A DNA stretch of 64,000 bases. Source: Lama guanicoe (Eukaryota). This document shows, piece by piece, positions 49,841 to 62,939 of this stretch (positions within the stretch are counted from its first letter, which is position 1; every line of letters starts with the position of its first letter). Both the position numbers and the translations under genes were made by a program. The stretch is taken from positions 6,955,757-7,019,756 of the forward strand of contig MU054187.1 in the NCBI GenBank assembly GCA_013239625.1. Reading direction: 5' to 3'. The notes below the pieces were generated by a model, which had not been told where the DNA came from, did not search any database, and saw only the letters and a list, made by a program, of their open reading frames with translations.

Positions 49841-51494
49841 CTCCCTACCCCTGCAGTCTTTGGAAAATAGATGATAAATTTTATATAAAGCTAGCTCTCG
49901 GTTACCTACGGTTTACAGTGGGCACGCACGGATCCTGGTTTACGGGCCTAGCCTGCTCAGTTGCGTCCCTCAGTCCGTTCTGTTTCTCTGGCAGGCTGTC
50001 TACTGGTTTTTCGCACCCCCAGGTGAATTACCTCATGGCTGTTCCTATGCCACATTTGCACACTTCCTCATGGTTCCAAAGTAATAATATAAATCAGACC
50101 ACTAATATATATTTGGCTAAAACTCGCTGATAAATTAACGTTATTTCACTCTTACTGCAACTCTTTTGTCTGTTACTCTGAGTTGTGGAGCACCCAGGTT
50201 TTCCTTCCGCATACCCTGCTCTCCCCCTTCTCAATGCATTTCTCTTCTGCTCTTCCCAGCTGTAACCTCGCCCTTTCTCCCTGCCTGTATCTTGCTCCTG
50301 TTTTAAGTCTAAACTCAAGCGTTCTTTCTTTTTTCCCCAAGCATTCTTGATGAGACTTTCTCCCTTTCTAAGCTCACTAATTTCTCCCTTCTCTTAACTA
50401 ACAAAGTATTAATAATTTACACTATGCAAGTTATCACTTGACTGTAAATTATTTTGAACCAGGATCCAATTGTGTGAAATTTATGAGTCTCCTTTCTCCA
50501 ATACATTCTTTGATCAATATTGCTCACTCCAGTATAACCAACGGCAATTTATCTTAGTCACCACAAATGTTTAATGAAATATTGTTCCAACACCTTACTT
50601 AGGGAAGTCAGGCTTATGTTTAGTCTCTCTCCTCAATGCCTAATACATGGCTGAGCATGTACAATGTATTCAATAAATGCTTGTTGACCTGATATGGGCA
50701 ACTATTAAATGTTTAAGGCATGTAAATTTCATTGAGTGTATTTTCAACATCTTAAAGTGGGAAGGCTGCACCTCACAAGAATTAGCATCTGCTGTAGTTT
50801 ATGAACTGTGTGCATTTAAGAGGGTGCACATAAATTTACATACATTTAAGAATCTACATAAATTTAAGAAATACATAAAATTTAACGAAGGCCCAAGATT
50901 TGTTTTCCAAACACAGGAAAATAAGATTGTAAGTTACTCAAGATATAAGATATAAAGCAAAGACTTCCTTTCCCATTTAAAAAAAAGTAGAAGACTAGTC
51001 ACTCACTCTTACTTTAAAGTAATTTTAAATTTACATTATAAAGCTGTTGTTTACTAATTTTGGGGCTATAAAATTGGTTCAAACACAGACCCTGTGATAG
51101 AATCTGTGATTTTAACTCAAGTATTACATTGACAACAGCATATTTACACACATTGAGATACCACTTATACCATTTTTTTAAGATCTAAAAGTAGTTTTAA
51201 TGAATTTCCACTGATTTAAACTAAGATCTTTTAGCTCAATAAGTATTTAAGAATTTTCTTCTTCCTACTATGTATTCCTGTGTCTAGTTCTACATTTGAA
51301 AAGGGTAGTCGTATGCTTCTCAAGTTCATATGTGGTTATGCAAATAAATTAAAGTAGACAACTTTATTCTTTATATCTGGGAAAACTTAAAAGAAAAAAA
51401 TTCATATATAGTAAGTTTCAGGTGACACTTCACTGATTTAGTAAGATACATTTTCTTTATCGTAATTTAGCTGACCACATTGCTGATGCTGTCA

Positions 51495-51600
51495 TGCCCT
51501 AGTCCATTCAGGCTGCCATGCAAAAATACCACAAACTGGGTGGCTTATAAACAGCAGAAATTACACAGTCCTGGAGGCTGGGAGTCCAGAATCAAGGTGC
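51495..51600 (-). mobile_element. MLT1A-like LTR terminal fragment
   Basis: tagtccattcaggctgcca...aaataccacaaactgggtggcttataaacagcagaaatt...ctggaggctgggagtccagaatcaaggtgc. Confidence 0.85.
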
Positions 51601-51621
51601 TATTATATCTCCAAAGGCTAT

Positions 51622-51850
51622 TAACTCCACCTTCCTTCTTCCTTCTCAGGATTGCTTTGGCTACTCAGGGTTGTCTTTTGTGGTTCTGTACAAGTTTTGG
51701 GATTATTTGTTCTAGTTCTGTTAAATATGCTATTGGTCTCTTGATAAGAATTTCATTGAATCTGTAGATTCCTTTGGGTTGTTTTGACATTTTAATAATA
51801 TTAATCCTTTCAATCCATGAACATGGAGTATCTTTCTGTTTATCTGTTCT
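51622..51850 (-). mobile_element. L1 ORF2 fragment
   Basis: The minus-strand peptide KDTPCSWIERINIIKMSKQPKGIYRFNEILIKRPIAYLTELEQIIPKLVQNHKR matches the conserved L1 ORF2 segment PCSWIGRINIVKM..LPKAIYRFNAIPIK. Confidence 0.92.
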
Positions 51851-51899
51851 TATCACTTGTAATTCTGTTTTTATCTACAGAAGGCTTTTTTGGGTTTTG

Positions 51900-52830
51900 T
51901 TTTTTGAAAATACTAAGAAGAGAAATATTAACTTGATACTTATTTTTATAAATTAGTAGCTTTTTTAGTATTTTAAAGTAATTTGTTTGATATTATATTT
52001 AATTTTTTGTTACATTCTTCTGCAATCTAGCATGACTTTAAGGTTGATCTGTTCTATTTTGTTGCACTCCAGGATTGATGTTCAGCTAGGGTACATGAGT
52101 ATGGAGTATTCTAGCAAGACATATTCTGAATGTTTAGTGACTGCCAGATGGTTAGTTCAGTAATATGACTATCACTCTCGGGTTTGTTTTTTATTTTTTG
52201 CTTGAGTCTCACACTCTGTAGGTTTTCTACCTTAATGGAATAATAAATATTTATTTAATAATTAGCACTTCAAATATTTCCCTAGATACTCTTATTTATT
52301 TGTTCTCTTAGATTTAGGGGGTTAATTTTTAAACAACTAATTTACTTTTGATTGGGAGTGTATTAAAATATTAAGCTAACTTTGGAAGAATTCGTTGATT
52401 TGTAATAGTCTCTTTTTATATACAAGCATCAGTCTATGTTCTATTCAAATCTTCTTTAGTGTCTTATTAAATACTTGTAGTTTTAAAATGTAAATCAAGC
52501 ATATTTCTTTTATAGTATTTTTTAATGTTTTACACTTGTGTTACTGTTGTGAGTCAAAATTTTCTTCCAGTAGAACTCTAGCTGGAAATACTGTGGCTCT
52601 ATCTTTTACATGACATTTTACTGAACTATGACATTAATTGGAATAGCTTCTCAGTTAATTGTCTTGATGACACATTTTATCTTTTCCTTGAAAGAAACTT
52701 GATCTCTTATTTCTGTTATATGCCTTAAACCACTGGCCAGAATTTCCAAAAAAAGTGATAAATAGTTATGATCAATAGCCATCCTCCAATTTGTGTTCTT
52801 AGTTTTAACAGGAGTCCCTCTGATATTTCA
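51900..52830 (-). mobile_element. Ancient L1 ORF2-derived sequence
   Basis: Decayed T-rich sequence (cactggccagaatttccaaaaaaagtgataaatagttatgatcaatagccatcctcc) typical of antisense old L1 RT region. Confidence 0.55.
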
Positions 52831-54337
52831 CAGATTGCTGGGTACTGTCTTCAGAGTTCTGATTCAGCAGTGCATTTACAAAGGTGGTAAAAAGGAACTA
52901 CATAATGTAGAAATGAAAACTCTATTAGATTGATCAGAAACAAAATTATAAACCTTGACAGTTGTTAAAAGAATTGCATTTTGACAGTTCAAAGACAAGA
53001 AAAATGAGAAGTTTTGTTAAGCTGTATTAAAGATAAAAGATGTGTTTAACATTTGGAATTAGAATTTACAAGATGACTATGTTCCTAGTTCATGGAAGTT
53101 GATGAGCAGTCAGTTTCCTTCAAAGGATGCTGTGCATTTCTTATGCATGTCATAATCTTCAAAGCCAGGAACATATGTTATGAAAAAAATTTCTATGTTT
53201 GAATTAGTGTATGTTTTAATAAAATTGATTTGAATGACCTTTTTATCCTTACTCCTAAAGTTATTCATTCAGTTATTTTTAAATATAAAAATTAAAATGC
53301 CCGTTGCCATCTTTTCTCATTATGCTGAGGTTTAAATGAGCTCTGGGATATTTCTGTCGTTCAGCTATGAATGAGGATGCAGCGCTCAGTCTTAAATGTA
53401 TGAGTGTTGTTCATGTATAGAGACTTTGCAGAGCGACAGATCCCAAAGCATCATTTTAAAACTTTGTTCCTCCAATTGAATTTTAGTCAATGAGAGCTAA
53501 CTAAACTGAAACTAATGCTGAAACTTGGTTTTTAAAATCCCTAAACACGCTGAAGGAAACATTTAAAGTATGAAATTTAAATCAAGACTGTTCAAGAAGT
53601 TTTGGTTATGCTTGTTTTCTGAATGAAATAAAATATGTCGTTACCTTGGAATAAGTGTACATTATATTAAATGAAAATACGCTGGAGTAGAGGAATGACT
53701 TTCTATACCTTAACATACTTACTTTAAATACTAAAATAGGAGTTAGAAAAATAACGTGAATTATTAATGTTATAACTTTTAATTCAAATAAACTTAGAAA
53801 TCACTAATTTTATTGCACATACAAAATTCTTACGTGATTTTTCTCTTTATTATTCTTTATTTCATCAATATTAGATATAATTGGAACTTAACATATGTCA
53901 TGGTGTACAGATAATACATTATTAATTAGCCACTGAGTGAATCAACAAAGACAAAAATCTGAAATAAATATTGATAAAGTTTAGGAATATATTTTTGTGT
54001 TTGCATATAGATAGGTCTGATTTGAGATTTTATAAAAAATGATTTAAAAAATAAATTAAAAATTTATGAAAAAATCAAGCCACTTAAATACTTAAATAAA
54101 GGCACTTTCCAAAAAAAAAAAAAGGCACTTTCCATTTTCCCAACTTTCCCAATTCTCCCCACCACTGCAATTCCTGACTTCAGTACAGACCATGTTTGGA
54201 ATATATTGCTTTGTTTTAAACTACAGCAAGATTTTATTTTTAAATATATTAGTTCTATTTCAGTGAACTTTTCTGTGTACTGTATATAGAGAGCTTCATT
54301 GTCAGTGAAGCAGACACAGTACATCCTTGTCAAGACA

Positions 54338-54561
54338 CTTTATTTTATTATTGAAGTATAGTTGATGTACAATTGTATGTTCATTTCAGGTGTACAACAC
54401 AGTGATTCAACATTTTAATACATTACATGGTGACCTTCACCATAAGTCTAGTAACCCTCTGTCCCCATCCAAAGCTACTACAGTACCACTGATCATATTC
54501 TCAGTGCTGTACAGTGCATTCCTATGACTTGTTTTATAACTGGAAGTTTGTACCTCTTAAT
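54338..54561 (-). mobile_element. L1 3' end (laurasiatherian L1MA-type)
   Basis: ttgaagtatagttgatgtacaat...tttcaggtgtacaacacagtgattca...ttataactggaagtttgtacctctt. Confidence 0.85.
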
Positions 54562-55308
54562 TCCAAAGCTTTGATTTAATTTTCAGATATTTTACATTCA
54601 AGTTGAGGAACAGGGAGGGTGAAGAAAAATTATTCAGTGGTACTATTCTTAAGCGCTTCTCGCTCCTAGGGTGTGATCACTTCTTAACAAAAGGTGTGTT
54701 GGTGCGACTATTCTCAGCAATTCTGCTGAAGATTTGATAAGAGCAGTCAAAGAAACAGGAACAATGATTCAACCCTTTTTTTTTCCCCTCAGCAAACTGG
54801 ATTCAGTTCAGCACAATAAATACTCCTTCAACTGGTCTTACAAAGTCTTCACAGGATATTAACATGGCTGAAAAGAACTGTGTTCCGTGACATCTCTGTT
54901 TGTTCCTTTTGGCTGAGGCCCTTAGTCCCCAGCCGGTATCAGGCTAGGATGTATGAAGTGTTACCTGCTTTCAGCTAGAGATAACGTGAAAAGCAGGGAA
55001 TGTGAGCAAGCAAGATACAGACTCGTCGTATTTTAGCATTAATGACTTATTGTCAGTATTACCAGAATGGAAATTTGGAGACTCGCAAGGGTGTTCACCC
55101 AGAATGCTTTCACGTCAGTGATGTGGTGTAGAGTGTTTATCTGCAGGGTAGTTAGGAGTGGGTGTTTGGGATCTCATAGGTTTTGGGTTGAATCTCAGGC
55201 AAGTATGTAACCTCTCTAGATCCCAGATTACTTATCTGTGAATTAGGACTTACTTAAAAATATTATCCACTTCAGCATCTTAAGCTTTTGAAACTTGAGA
55301 TGATAGAT

Positions 55309-55379
55309 GAGTGTGTGTGTGTGTGTCTGTGTGTGTGTGCGCGTGCGCGCACGCGCACATGTGTGCAAAAGAGAGAGAC
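55309..55379. repeat. Compound (GT)n/(GC)-rich/(GA)n microsatellite, Z-DNA-prone
   Basis: Alternating purine-pyrimidine tract directly visible. Confidence 0.9.
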
Positions 55380-55844
55380 CCACCCTGAAATCAAAGACCT
55401 GCGATGTGGCAACAAGAGATACAGGAAGGTGGACTCATCGAGGGTATGAAAAAAGCATCATTCGTAGTAAAATGATTGTATTAGGCCATCTGTTTCAGCA
55501 AAAGGATGCAGGGAGTTTTCTAGTTTATGGCGTAGAGTTAAGATGTCCTTGAGGAATATCCATAAACACTGACACATTCCCACCTGAAAATCTGAGTTTG
55601 GAGTTAATCTGTGATAGAACCTGTGATAAAGGTGAAGGGTGCTGCAAGTGTAGACTCTAGAAGTAGTTAATGTTAAAATACGGTATTAGCTTTTTATTTA
55701 TCGTTACTCTCTGCCTTACAAAATGAATATATGCCTGGCTGAGTTGTTCAAGATCTTTTATGACTCTGTATACAGTTGATCATGATGATGACAATGATGA
55801 AGAAATATCATTTGTTTAGTGTATCATGATACAGACTTATCTGA

Positions 55845-55923
55845 TCTCTCTCTCTCTCCTGTCTTTCTGTCTCTCTCTCTCGCAGGTGTGCACACGCGCA
55901 CGCGCACGCGCACACACACACTC
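55845..55923. repeat. Compound (TC)n/(CACGCG)3/(CA)n microsatellite
   Basis: Directly visible. Confidence 0.9.
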
Positions 55924-57124
55924 TCGCCTGAAACTTATGCCGCAGATCTGATTACATCCAACTCAATAGGGTGGTTACAATAACTAATCAATCTGTATTG
56001 CAAATCCAGACACTCATTTTTAAAATGTAATTGGTATTTCCATGTTGCACATTTTAGTATTTAAGTATCAGAGCAATACAGCCTAGGCTTGAAAAATTAT
56101 TTTTTGTGAAAATAATCTTATTTCCTTTTGAAGCTGTTGACCTTAAGCATATCAATAATACAAGAGATACAGAAGTGGCATAAAATTGGGGGCTTATTTA
56201 GCCTTCTAAAATAGACATGTCACGTTTTACAAGTTTAGGCTTCATGAGATCATCAGAAACTACTCAAATAGCCATTCAAATGGGCATCTTTTGGATTAAT
56301 AAGTTTGAAGATTTGCATCAGTGAAGATTAACCCAGTGTTTACATGAGCAGTAAACTACATTTCAGGAAGAAAGAAAAATGTCTGTAGAGTTTATAAAAA
56401 TAAGACTGAAATAGGAATTAGACCATCTTTCAGTTCAGTTTAAATATATAACCATAAATTAGTTTAAAAAAACACTTGAGTGAATTTAATGACAGTGTAA
56501 TCCTTTGCAAAATTTTGCAAAGATATGATTTTCTGTAATGTCCGATTTTTATTCAACAGAGCTCAGGGATTAAACAGCTGTGCTACACCGAAATAGCATA
56601 AACACCAGCAGGCAGAATTCCTCATCACTTCGTCAGATGACTATGTCAGGTCTTAAGACATGGCAAATTATCTCCTTCACGTGTTCGGGCATCCAACTCA
56701 GCCTCTGTGGCTGGGAGAACACCACACAGGGCTGAGGACTGTAAACCAGAGCAGCAGGTACCCACAAGGGCAGTCCCTACCACGGGATGGAGGGTGGCCT
56801 TTAAAAAATCACAAATTGCTAACACTCGGCACATGTCCCATCTCTCCCGTCTTGCACTCACGTGAGGCATTAGTGATCAATTACACACTCTTTCTCACTG
56901 TAAATGAATGTTACCCCAGAAGTTTTTCAACTCAGGTCTTGAGGCAACACAGTTGACTGAAGTCACTCCAGGTGTTCAATTTATTCTCCATCTCTGACGT
57001 GGACACCGCCATCTCTACCACAGCTATGCATATGGCAGAAAGGAAGTACTTGTTGATTATTTATTTTTTTATATACCATCCTAAACAATGGAAATAGGAC
57101 AATTAAAAAATTATTTTCTTCTCA

Positions 57125-57490
57125 GCATAGGCAAACTACCATAAGAAACAATCCCTAAATCTCAGTGACTTCACCCAATAAAAATTTGTCACTTGTGCAA
57201 AATAGATGTTACTGATTGGGTAGTTCCATGGAGGAGCTATCACCCAAGGAATGATGCAACAACCCTGGCTTCTTTTCGCCACGGCTCTGGTGTGTCTAAG
57301 CTTGCTGAGATGAGAATATGAGAACATAGAGGATATTTACCTACATCAGCCAAGGAGTGACGCAACTCACTTATACTTTAGTGAGAAAAAGTCATATGGC
57401 CTTAAAGCAATTACAAAGTGTTGTCTGGACTTCCTCTTCCTAAAGGAAATTGTAGAAGGCAGCCTGGATATTTGAGTGGGCAGCTAGTTA
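57125..57490 (-). mobile_element. Old MLT1 (MLT1J/K/L-like) LTR
   Basis: aacaatccctaaatctcagtgacttcacccaataaaaattt...ggagtgacgcaactcactt...aagtcatatggcc. Confidence 0.65.
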
Positions 57491-57759
57491 ACTCTGCAAA
57501 AAATAGGCATGGAACCCTCCTCATGGAATTCACCCACTGATGTGAGCTTAATTCTCCATCTGTGCTCAGCCTCAAGTCCTTCACCTCTAGCACATATGTC
57601 CTTTTAAAAACCTAAGATCTTTATGTATTTATATAATATAGCATTCATGTTATAGATGTATATACAATGCATATATATGTATGTATATACACATGCATGG
57701 GCACTTTTATGTGTATATAGTGTCTAAATTTGGAGGTGTCCATCTTTAAACATTCTGAG

Positions 57760-57905
57760 ACTCTAATGTGGGCTCCCATCCTCACTCCATCACTTGCTGG
57801 CTGGAACAAGTCCCTCATCATCCGGTAGCTTCAATTTCCTCATCTGAAGTGTAGATAATAATGAAGAGTTTTCTGAAGAATTGAGGTAATGTGTATCCTG
57901 ATGCT
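57760..57905 (+). mobile_element. MIR SINE
   Basis: catcacttgctggctggaacaagtccctca...gcttcaatttcctcatctgaagtgtagataataatga. Confidence 0.65.
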
Positions 57906-60305
57906 GACAATTATTAGTCACAGAACAATCATTGCTAATAATGTCATTAATACTGAGTTGGTCTATCAGTACATTTTTCTACGCACAGAGAATGTCTCTG
58001 TGTGCAGAGCTAGCTGCCGTTTGGTTCTGCCTCCAAGAGATAATTTTCTGTGTGTTTTCTCAGAAGAGCCGATTTGTTGTTGAGAGTGTGCCTTCTGCCA
58101 CCTCTGGTTATTAACACACTCCTGCAGAGCCGGGGGCGTCGGTGTTGCGCGTGGGCATGGCCATCGCATCCGGCACAGCCTAGCCTGTCAGCTGTGGCTG
58201 CACTGCTAACGGAGCTATTCTTAACCATCTCCTCAAAAGAAGTCAAAAGAGAAACTTTGCGTTTGAGAGCAGGTATTCCTCTGAAGAGGGTAGATTAAAG
58301 GAACTGTCTCAATTTAGATATATAGAGATACAGCTATATGTGCTTGGAGAGGGGCAGCTGGGCAAGAATCATGGAGAGGATGGAAGTCCACGTGGCTACT
58401 GAGTAATTAGTAGGGTTCTTGTTGACCCTGGAGAGGCAGGCAGGCAGCTCAGGCATAGGGCACAAAGTTGGTACCCATGGCAGGAACCTGGTTTACTGAG
58501 AATTGGCACAGAAGTATGATTTAGGAAGAAGTTAGAACGATGGGTAGATAAAGCACTCAACATTTTACAAACATGTGTATGTCTTTTCAGTTTATATTAA
58601 TGTTCCTTAGGAAACAGTCTTTCTTTCATTGGGTGAGTCTTCTTATGTCACAGCCAAACACAGTCTGAGTCAGAGCTGGATGGGTTGCTTTAATTCTAGT
58701 CATTAATCAGGCTGTGTTCTTTGAAAGCGGATGTTCTGAAAACATGAAAACTCATTCTCTAAATGTATCTAACAAAGAATTAAGGTGCACCTCATGGTTT
58801 TTTCACTTGTATCTCCACTCTTTAATTATAGCTTATATTCAAAATAAACATAGTAATAGCATTTTATTTCTGTCAGCCATACTCTGTTACTTGCCCAGAA
58901 CTCTGACTGAACTAATTTATGTTAAATTGACTAAGATATGTGGCCAACAGTACACCGATATCGTACTTGAAATTGTAAATTCAGAGAGGTGAAGAGTGAG
59001 AAACAATCATAATTTCAAGTAAAAGTGTCTTTTAACAAATAGATTAAACCATCACAAAATGAAACAAGTAACATCTTTGTGTTTGTACTTACTCAAGGCT
59101 TGTATCTGCAAAGCATTATTGCTGAAGCAATTGATTTTCTTGTATTCTAAAATAACAAAGGATTTTTTTTGATGTTTTCGGGGAACCTAAAAAAAAAGGT
59201 GATTTATTTTCTGCTAAGTCTTGTTAGCAATCGATGGTAACAAGGACTGTAAAAGTGCCTTGGAGAATGCTTAATTATCTGCTGGAGATGCTCTAAGAAC
59301 AACCAAAAGAAAGACATATAAAAAGGGAAAAGTTAATGAACTTGCTCTAAGAACTGTATCCACCTAATTAAACTATAAGTGACACGTAGTTACCCCATGT
59401 CAAGGCCCTTTAGACATTTATCTGAGAGAGAATCATTTTTAGCAAAAGAAATAAAATTAGTCATAGAAAAGTCATGGAAAACCAGTTGATTCCTGTTTTG
59501 TCTGCAAAAAGCTTCTAAATTGATCATTTCTCTTTATAGTCTCTTCAATCTGTTGGTCCCCAAAAGATAGCCAAATCACTGAAAATAATCCATAAAAATG
59601 CACAAAGAAGGTCTCTAATGTCGTAAAACTACTACAGGAAAATGGGGACATTATGATGGTTCCATGGAAGTCAGAAATTACCAGATACTAGAAATCCCCG
59701 CAGAAGTGGGTTTGTTTAATTTCCCAGCTGAGTCCTGCCTTTTCAGTCAAGGGGAAAACAGCCTGAGAGCTCTTTTACCACTTGGAGGAACTTCAAGATA
59801 TAGGGAAATTATTTCCTTGCGACTAAACAATCATTTTAATGAACTACTTCTATGTTAGAAGAGAGAACTGTGGAATGGTTTAGATTCGTGACCCAGAAAA
59901 CCTTCTATGATATTGACGTGACTTAAGGGCTTATGCATCAAATTAATCTGTGACAGAAACTGTACGTTAGCATGAGATTTGATGTCTGTCATAATATCAC
60001 GCATATATTTTTTCATGCTGCCTTTGATCTTCCTTGAGGGCTGTGTCAAGGGAAATAGCCTATCCAAAGTGTAATGCATTATCGAAGAGAGAGTACATCT
60101 CAATTTAAACTCCTTAGCCTGGACCATGTGAATTGAATTTTGAATACAGATTTCATATTCGCTCCAAACACTGTAGTCTCTGTGAGCTCAACACTGGCCA
60201 CACCAACACCAAGATGAACAGGGCAAGATCTAGTGAAGGAAATGCAGCAAAAATACTCAGTTACACTCTGGGATAAGTACTCTGAGAGAGGTCTGTATTG
60301 ACATT

Positions 60306-60739
60306 CATCTTTCTTTTCTTAATTAAAGTATAGCTGATTTACAATGTTGTGTTAGTTTCTGGTATACAGCATGTTGATCTAGTTAAATATATATATATAT
60401 TCTTTTTCATTATAGGTTATTACAAGATATTGAATATAGTTCCATATGCTATATAGTAGGACATTGTTGTTTATTTTATATATAGTAGTTTGTATCTGCT
60501 AATCCCCAACTCCTAATTTATCCCTTTCCCCCCTTCCCCCCTTAGTAGCCATAAGTTTGTTTTCTGTCTATAAGTCTGTTTCTGTTTTGTAGATAAGTTT
60601 ATTTGTGTCATATTTTTAAGATTCACCTATAAGTGATGTAATGTGATTTTTATCTTCTCTGACTTCACTTAATATGATAATCTCTGGGTCCATCCGTGTT
60701 GCTGCAAATGGCATTATTTCATTCTTTTTTATGGCTGAG

Positions 60740-60795
<56 letters not shown>

Positions 60796-61318
60796 CATAC
60801 ACACACACACACACATACACACACACACGCACACACCACAACTTCTTTATCCAGTCATCTGTTGATGGACATTTAGGTTGCTTCCATGTCTTGGCTGTTA
60901 TAAACAGTACTGCTACGAACATTGGGGTGCATGTATCTTTTCAAATTAGAGTTTTCTCTGGTTATATGCCCAGGAGAGGGATTGCTGGATCATTTTTAGT
61001 TTAAGGAGTCTCCATAGTGTTTTCCATAGTGGTTGCACCAAACTGCATTCCCACCAGCAATGTAGGAGGGTTCCCTTTTCTCCACACCCTCTCCAGCGTT
61101 TATCATTCATGAACTTTTGAATGATGGTCATTCTGACTGATGTGAGGTGATTCCTCATTGTAGTTTCCATTTGCATTTCTCTGATAATTAGTGACATTGA
61201 GCATCTTTTCACGTGTCTGTTGGCCATCTGTATGTCTTAATTGGAGAAATGTCTATTTAGATTTTCTGCCCGTTTTTTGATTGGTTGCTTGTGTTTCTTT
61301 GTTGTTGAGTGGTATGAG
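60306..61318 (-). mobile_element. L1 3' ~1 kb (ORF2 C-terminus and 3' UTR), 5'-truncated, with TSD
   Basis: ORF2 peptide [19 protein letters not shown]...[19 protein letters not shown] (cysteine-rich domain, first Cys mutated) and MFVAVLFITAKTWKQPKCPSTDDWIKKLW. 13 bp TSD ctgtattgacatt (60293-60305) / ctgtactgacatt (61319-61331). Confidence 0.95.
60741..60836. repeat. (TA)n(CA)n compound microsatellite expanded inside the L1
   Basis: Directly visible. Confidence 0.95.
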
Positions 61319-61989
61319 CTGTACTGACATTACAGAAGAACTCTACTCTTCTACAGAAAGTCAGAAATAGTGTCTTTTGGGAGCTGACACTGGAACTGAG
61401 CCTCAAAACTGAGCAGGATTTAGATCCTGTAGCTTTGGTTGAGGCATGAAAGCCTCAGTTGTATTTCTTCTTGTTTTTTATTCATTCAACAGTAGTTAAG
61501 AGGAATCCAAGGTGTGAAAGGCATTTTGCGGGGTGTCGAGAGTGCTCTGGAAGTGAGTCAGTCAAAGTCTCTGCCCTCAGATTTCACCAGGTGAGAGACA
61601 GAGAACAAAGAAACAGGGAAGAAGGTGACAGGAAAAATGTGGGACGAGAATGCCAAGGATGGGGGCTTGACTCCCGTGGGGAGCAGCCAGGGAACAATTC
61701 CTGGATTCTGTGATATTAGAAGTAGCTGGAAATGCAGCCTTGAGCTTTTCAGCCCTGAGTAGACCCTCCTGGGTGGTAGGACTGTTCAGCTTTCTCAGAA
61801 CCAGGGTTTGTCTTAAGATAAAGACCCAATGATGCATATTTGAGGAAGATTTCAGGAAGGGACCACTTCTCCTCCAAGTCTGTGTCCCTGCCCTGAAACA
61901 GGCAGTGCAAGAAATTACATCATGATCAAGTCACTCCTTTCCATAAAGGCTTCAGACTCTACCTAAAAGGAAATACCACTGGACTTAGG

Positions 61990-62235
61990 CTGAGAATTTC
62001 AAAAATATCTTTTGAAAAGCATGAGTGCTAGATATGTCTTATGATGAAAAAGGTTACATGAAGATTAAATTTGGGAAGCATTCAGTCTATAGACCTTTCT
62101 TGAAAATTAACTATACACATGTGTATTAAGGAGCTCAGAAATCCTGTGGTTAAAAGATAAATGAGCTAACCATTGAATACCTTTCTTTTCCTCAAGTTTT
62201 CATAGAACATCTATTAACACTGAAGGAGGTTTGAT
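61990..62235. mobile_element. hAT-Charlie-type MITE (decayed)
   Basis: aaaaaggttacatgaagattaaatttgggaagcatt...tattaaggagctcagaaatcctg...agaacatctattaaca. Confidence 0.5.
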
Positions 62236-62939
62236 GTACATAAATTATTCTTACACATCAAGATATGCTCTCTTTCCCAATAGTGGACATCAGCCAGGAG
62301 AGTGCTTGAGGTCAGTGAGCTCTAAGGGTGTAGGTGGAAGGATGAGGGGCGGATGGGGAGGAAAAAAGGAGGAGAAGAAAAGGAGGTGAAAATCAAGTGG
62401 AGATTTCTGATAAATTGACAATGGTTAGTCCTCCCTAACACCTCTGGCTGCTGAAGCACACATTTCAGGCTTTGAAATTCTTCCCTAGGGTTTGCTGTCT
62501 TTTCCACTCGTCTTCAGCTGCTGGAAGTGTGGGAACTGTACTGGCCGGCAGGGCTGGCTTTCTGATGGTTGAAAGCATTCTTCCTGGGGACCGAAAAACC
62601 AGTTTGTGAATCACAGCAACTTCTGATTCTGACAACTAAAGGTGGTAGACACAATAAAATCTCTCCAGCTCCTTGTATTTCTCCCTTGACCCAAACCACA
62701 CGCTGACAGAGTTATAATATGAGAGGACGGAACTGCTAAACAAATGGATCATATGAAAAGTAAAAATCGTCAACTTAAGTGGACGTATGAAGTCAAACTC
62801 CTTACAAACTCCATTGAAAGGGAGCTGTTGCTAAAAGTAACTACGCTAAATTTCAGTGAGTTGTGCCCATGCGTATAAGTATATATAAGTGACCCAAAGA
62901 TAAAGTTCACTCTTTTAACCCCTTAACATGCTTAGAAGT

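Noticed and set aside
49576..50130. Longest ORF (184 aa)
   Set aside because: It starts at TTG, runs through an antisense MIR, and has no recognisable domain.
54965..54999. Hairpin cctgctttca...tgaaaagcagg as a pre-miRNA
   Set aside because: The stem is only ~10 bp with a bulge, far shorter than a Drosha substrate.
51092..55628. Shared 19-mer ctgtgatagaa(t/c)ctgtgat at ~51092 and ~55610
   Set aside because: A rough estimate gives about one 18/19 match expected by chance among all position pairs in 64 kb, and the flanks do not align.
59289..59354. 12-bp repeat tgctctaagaac flanking an A-rich 42-mer as a TSD
   Set aside because: There is no poly(A) tail adjacent to the second copy and no endonuclease-site context. 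A nearby 12-mer match is plausible by chance.
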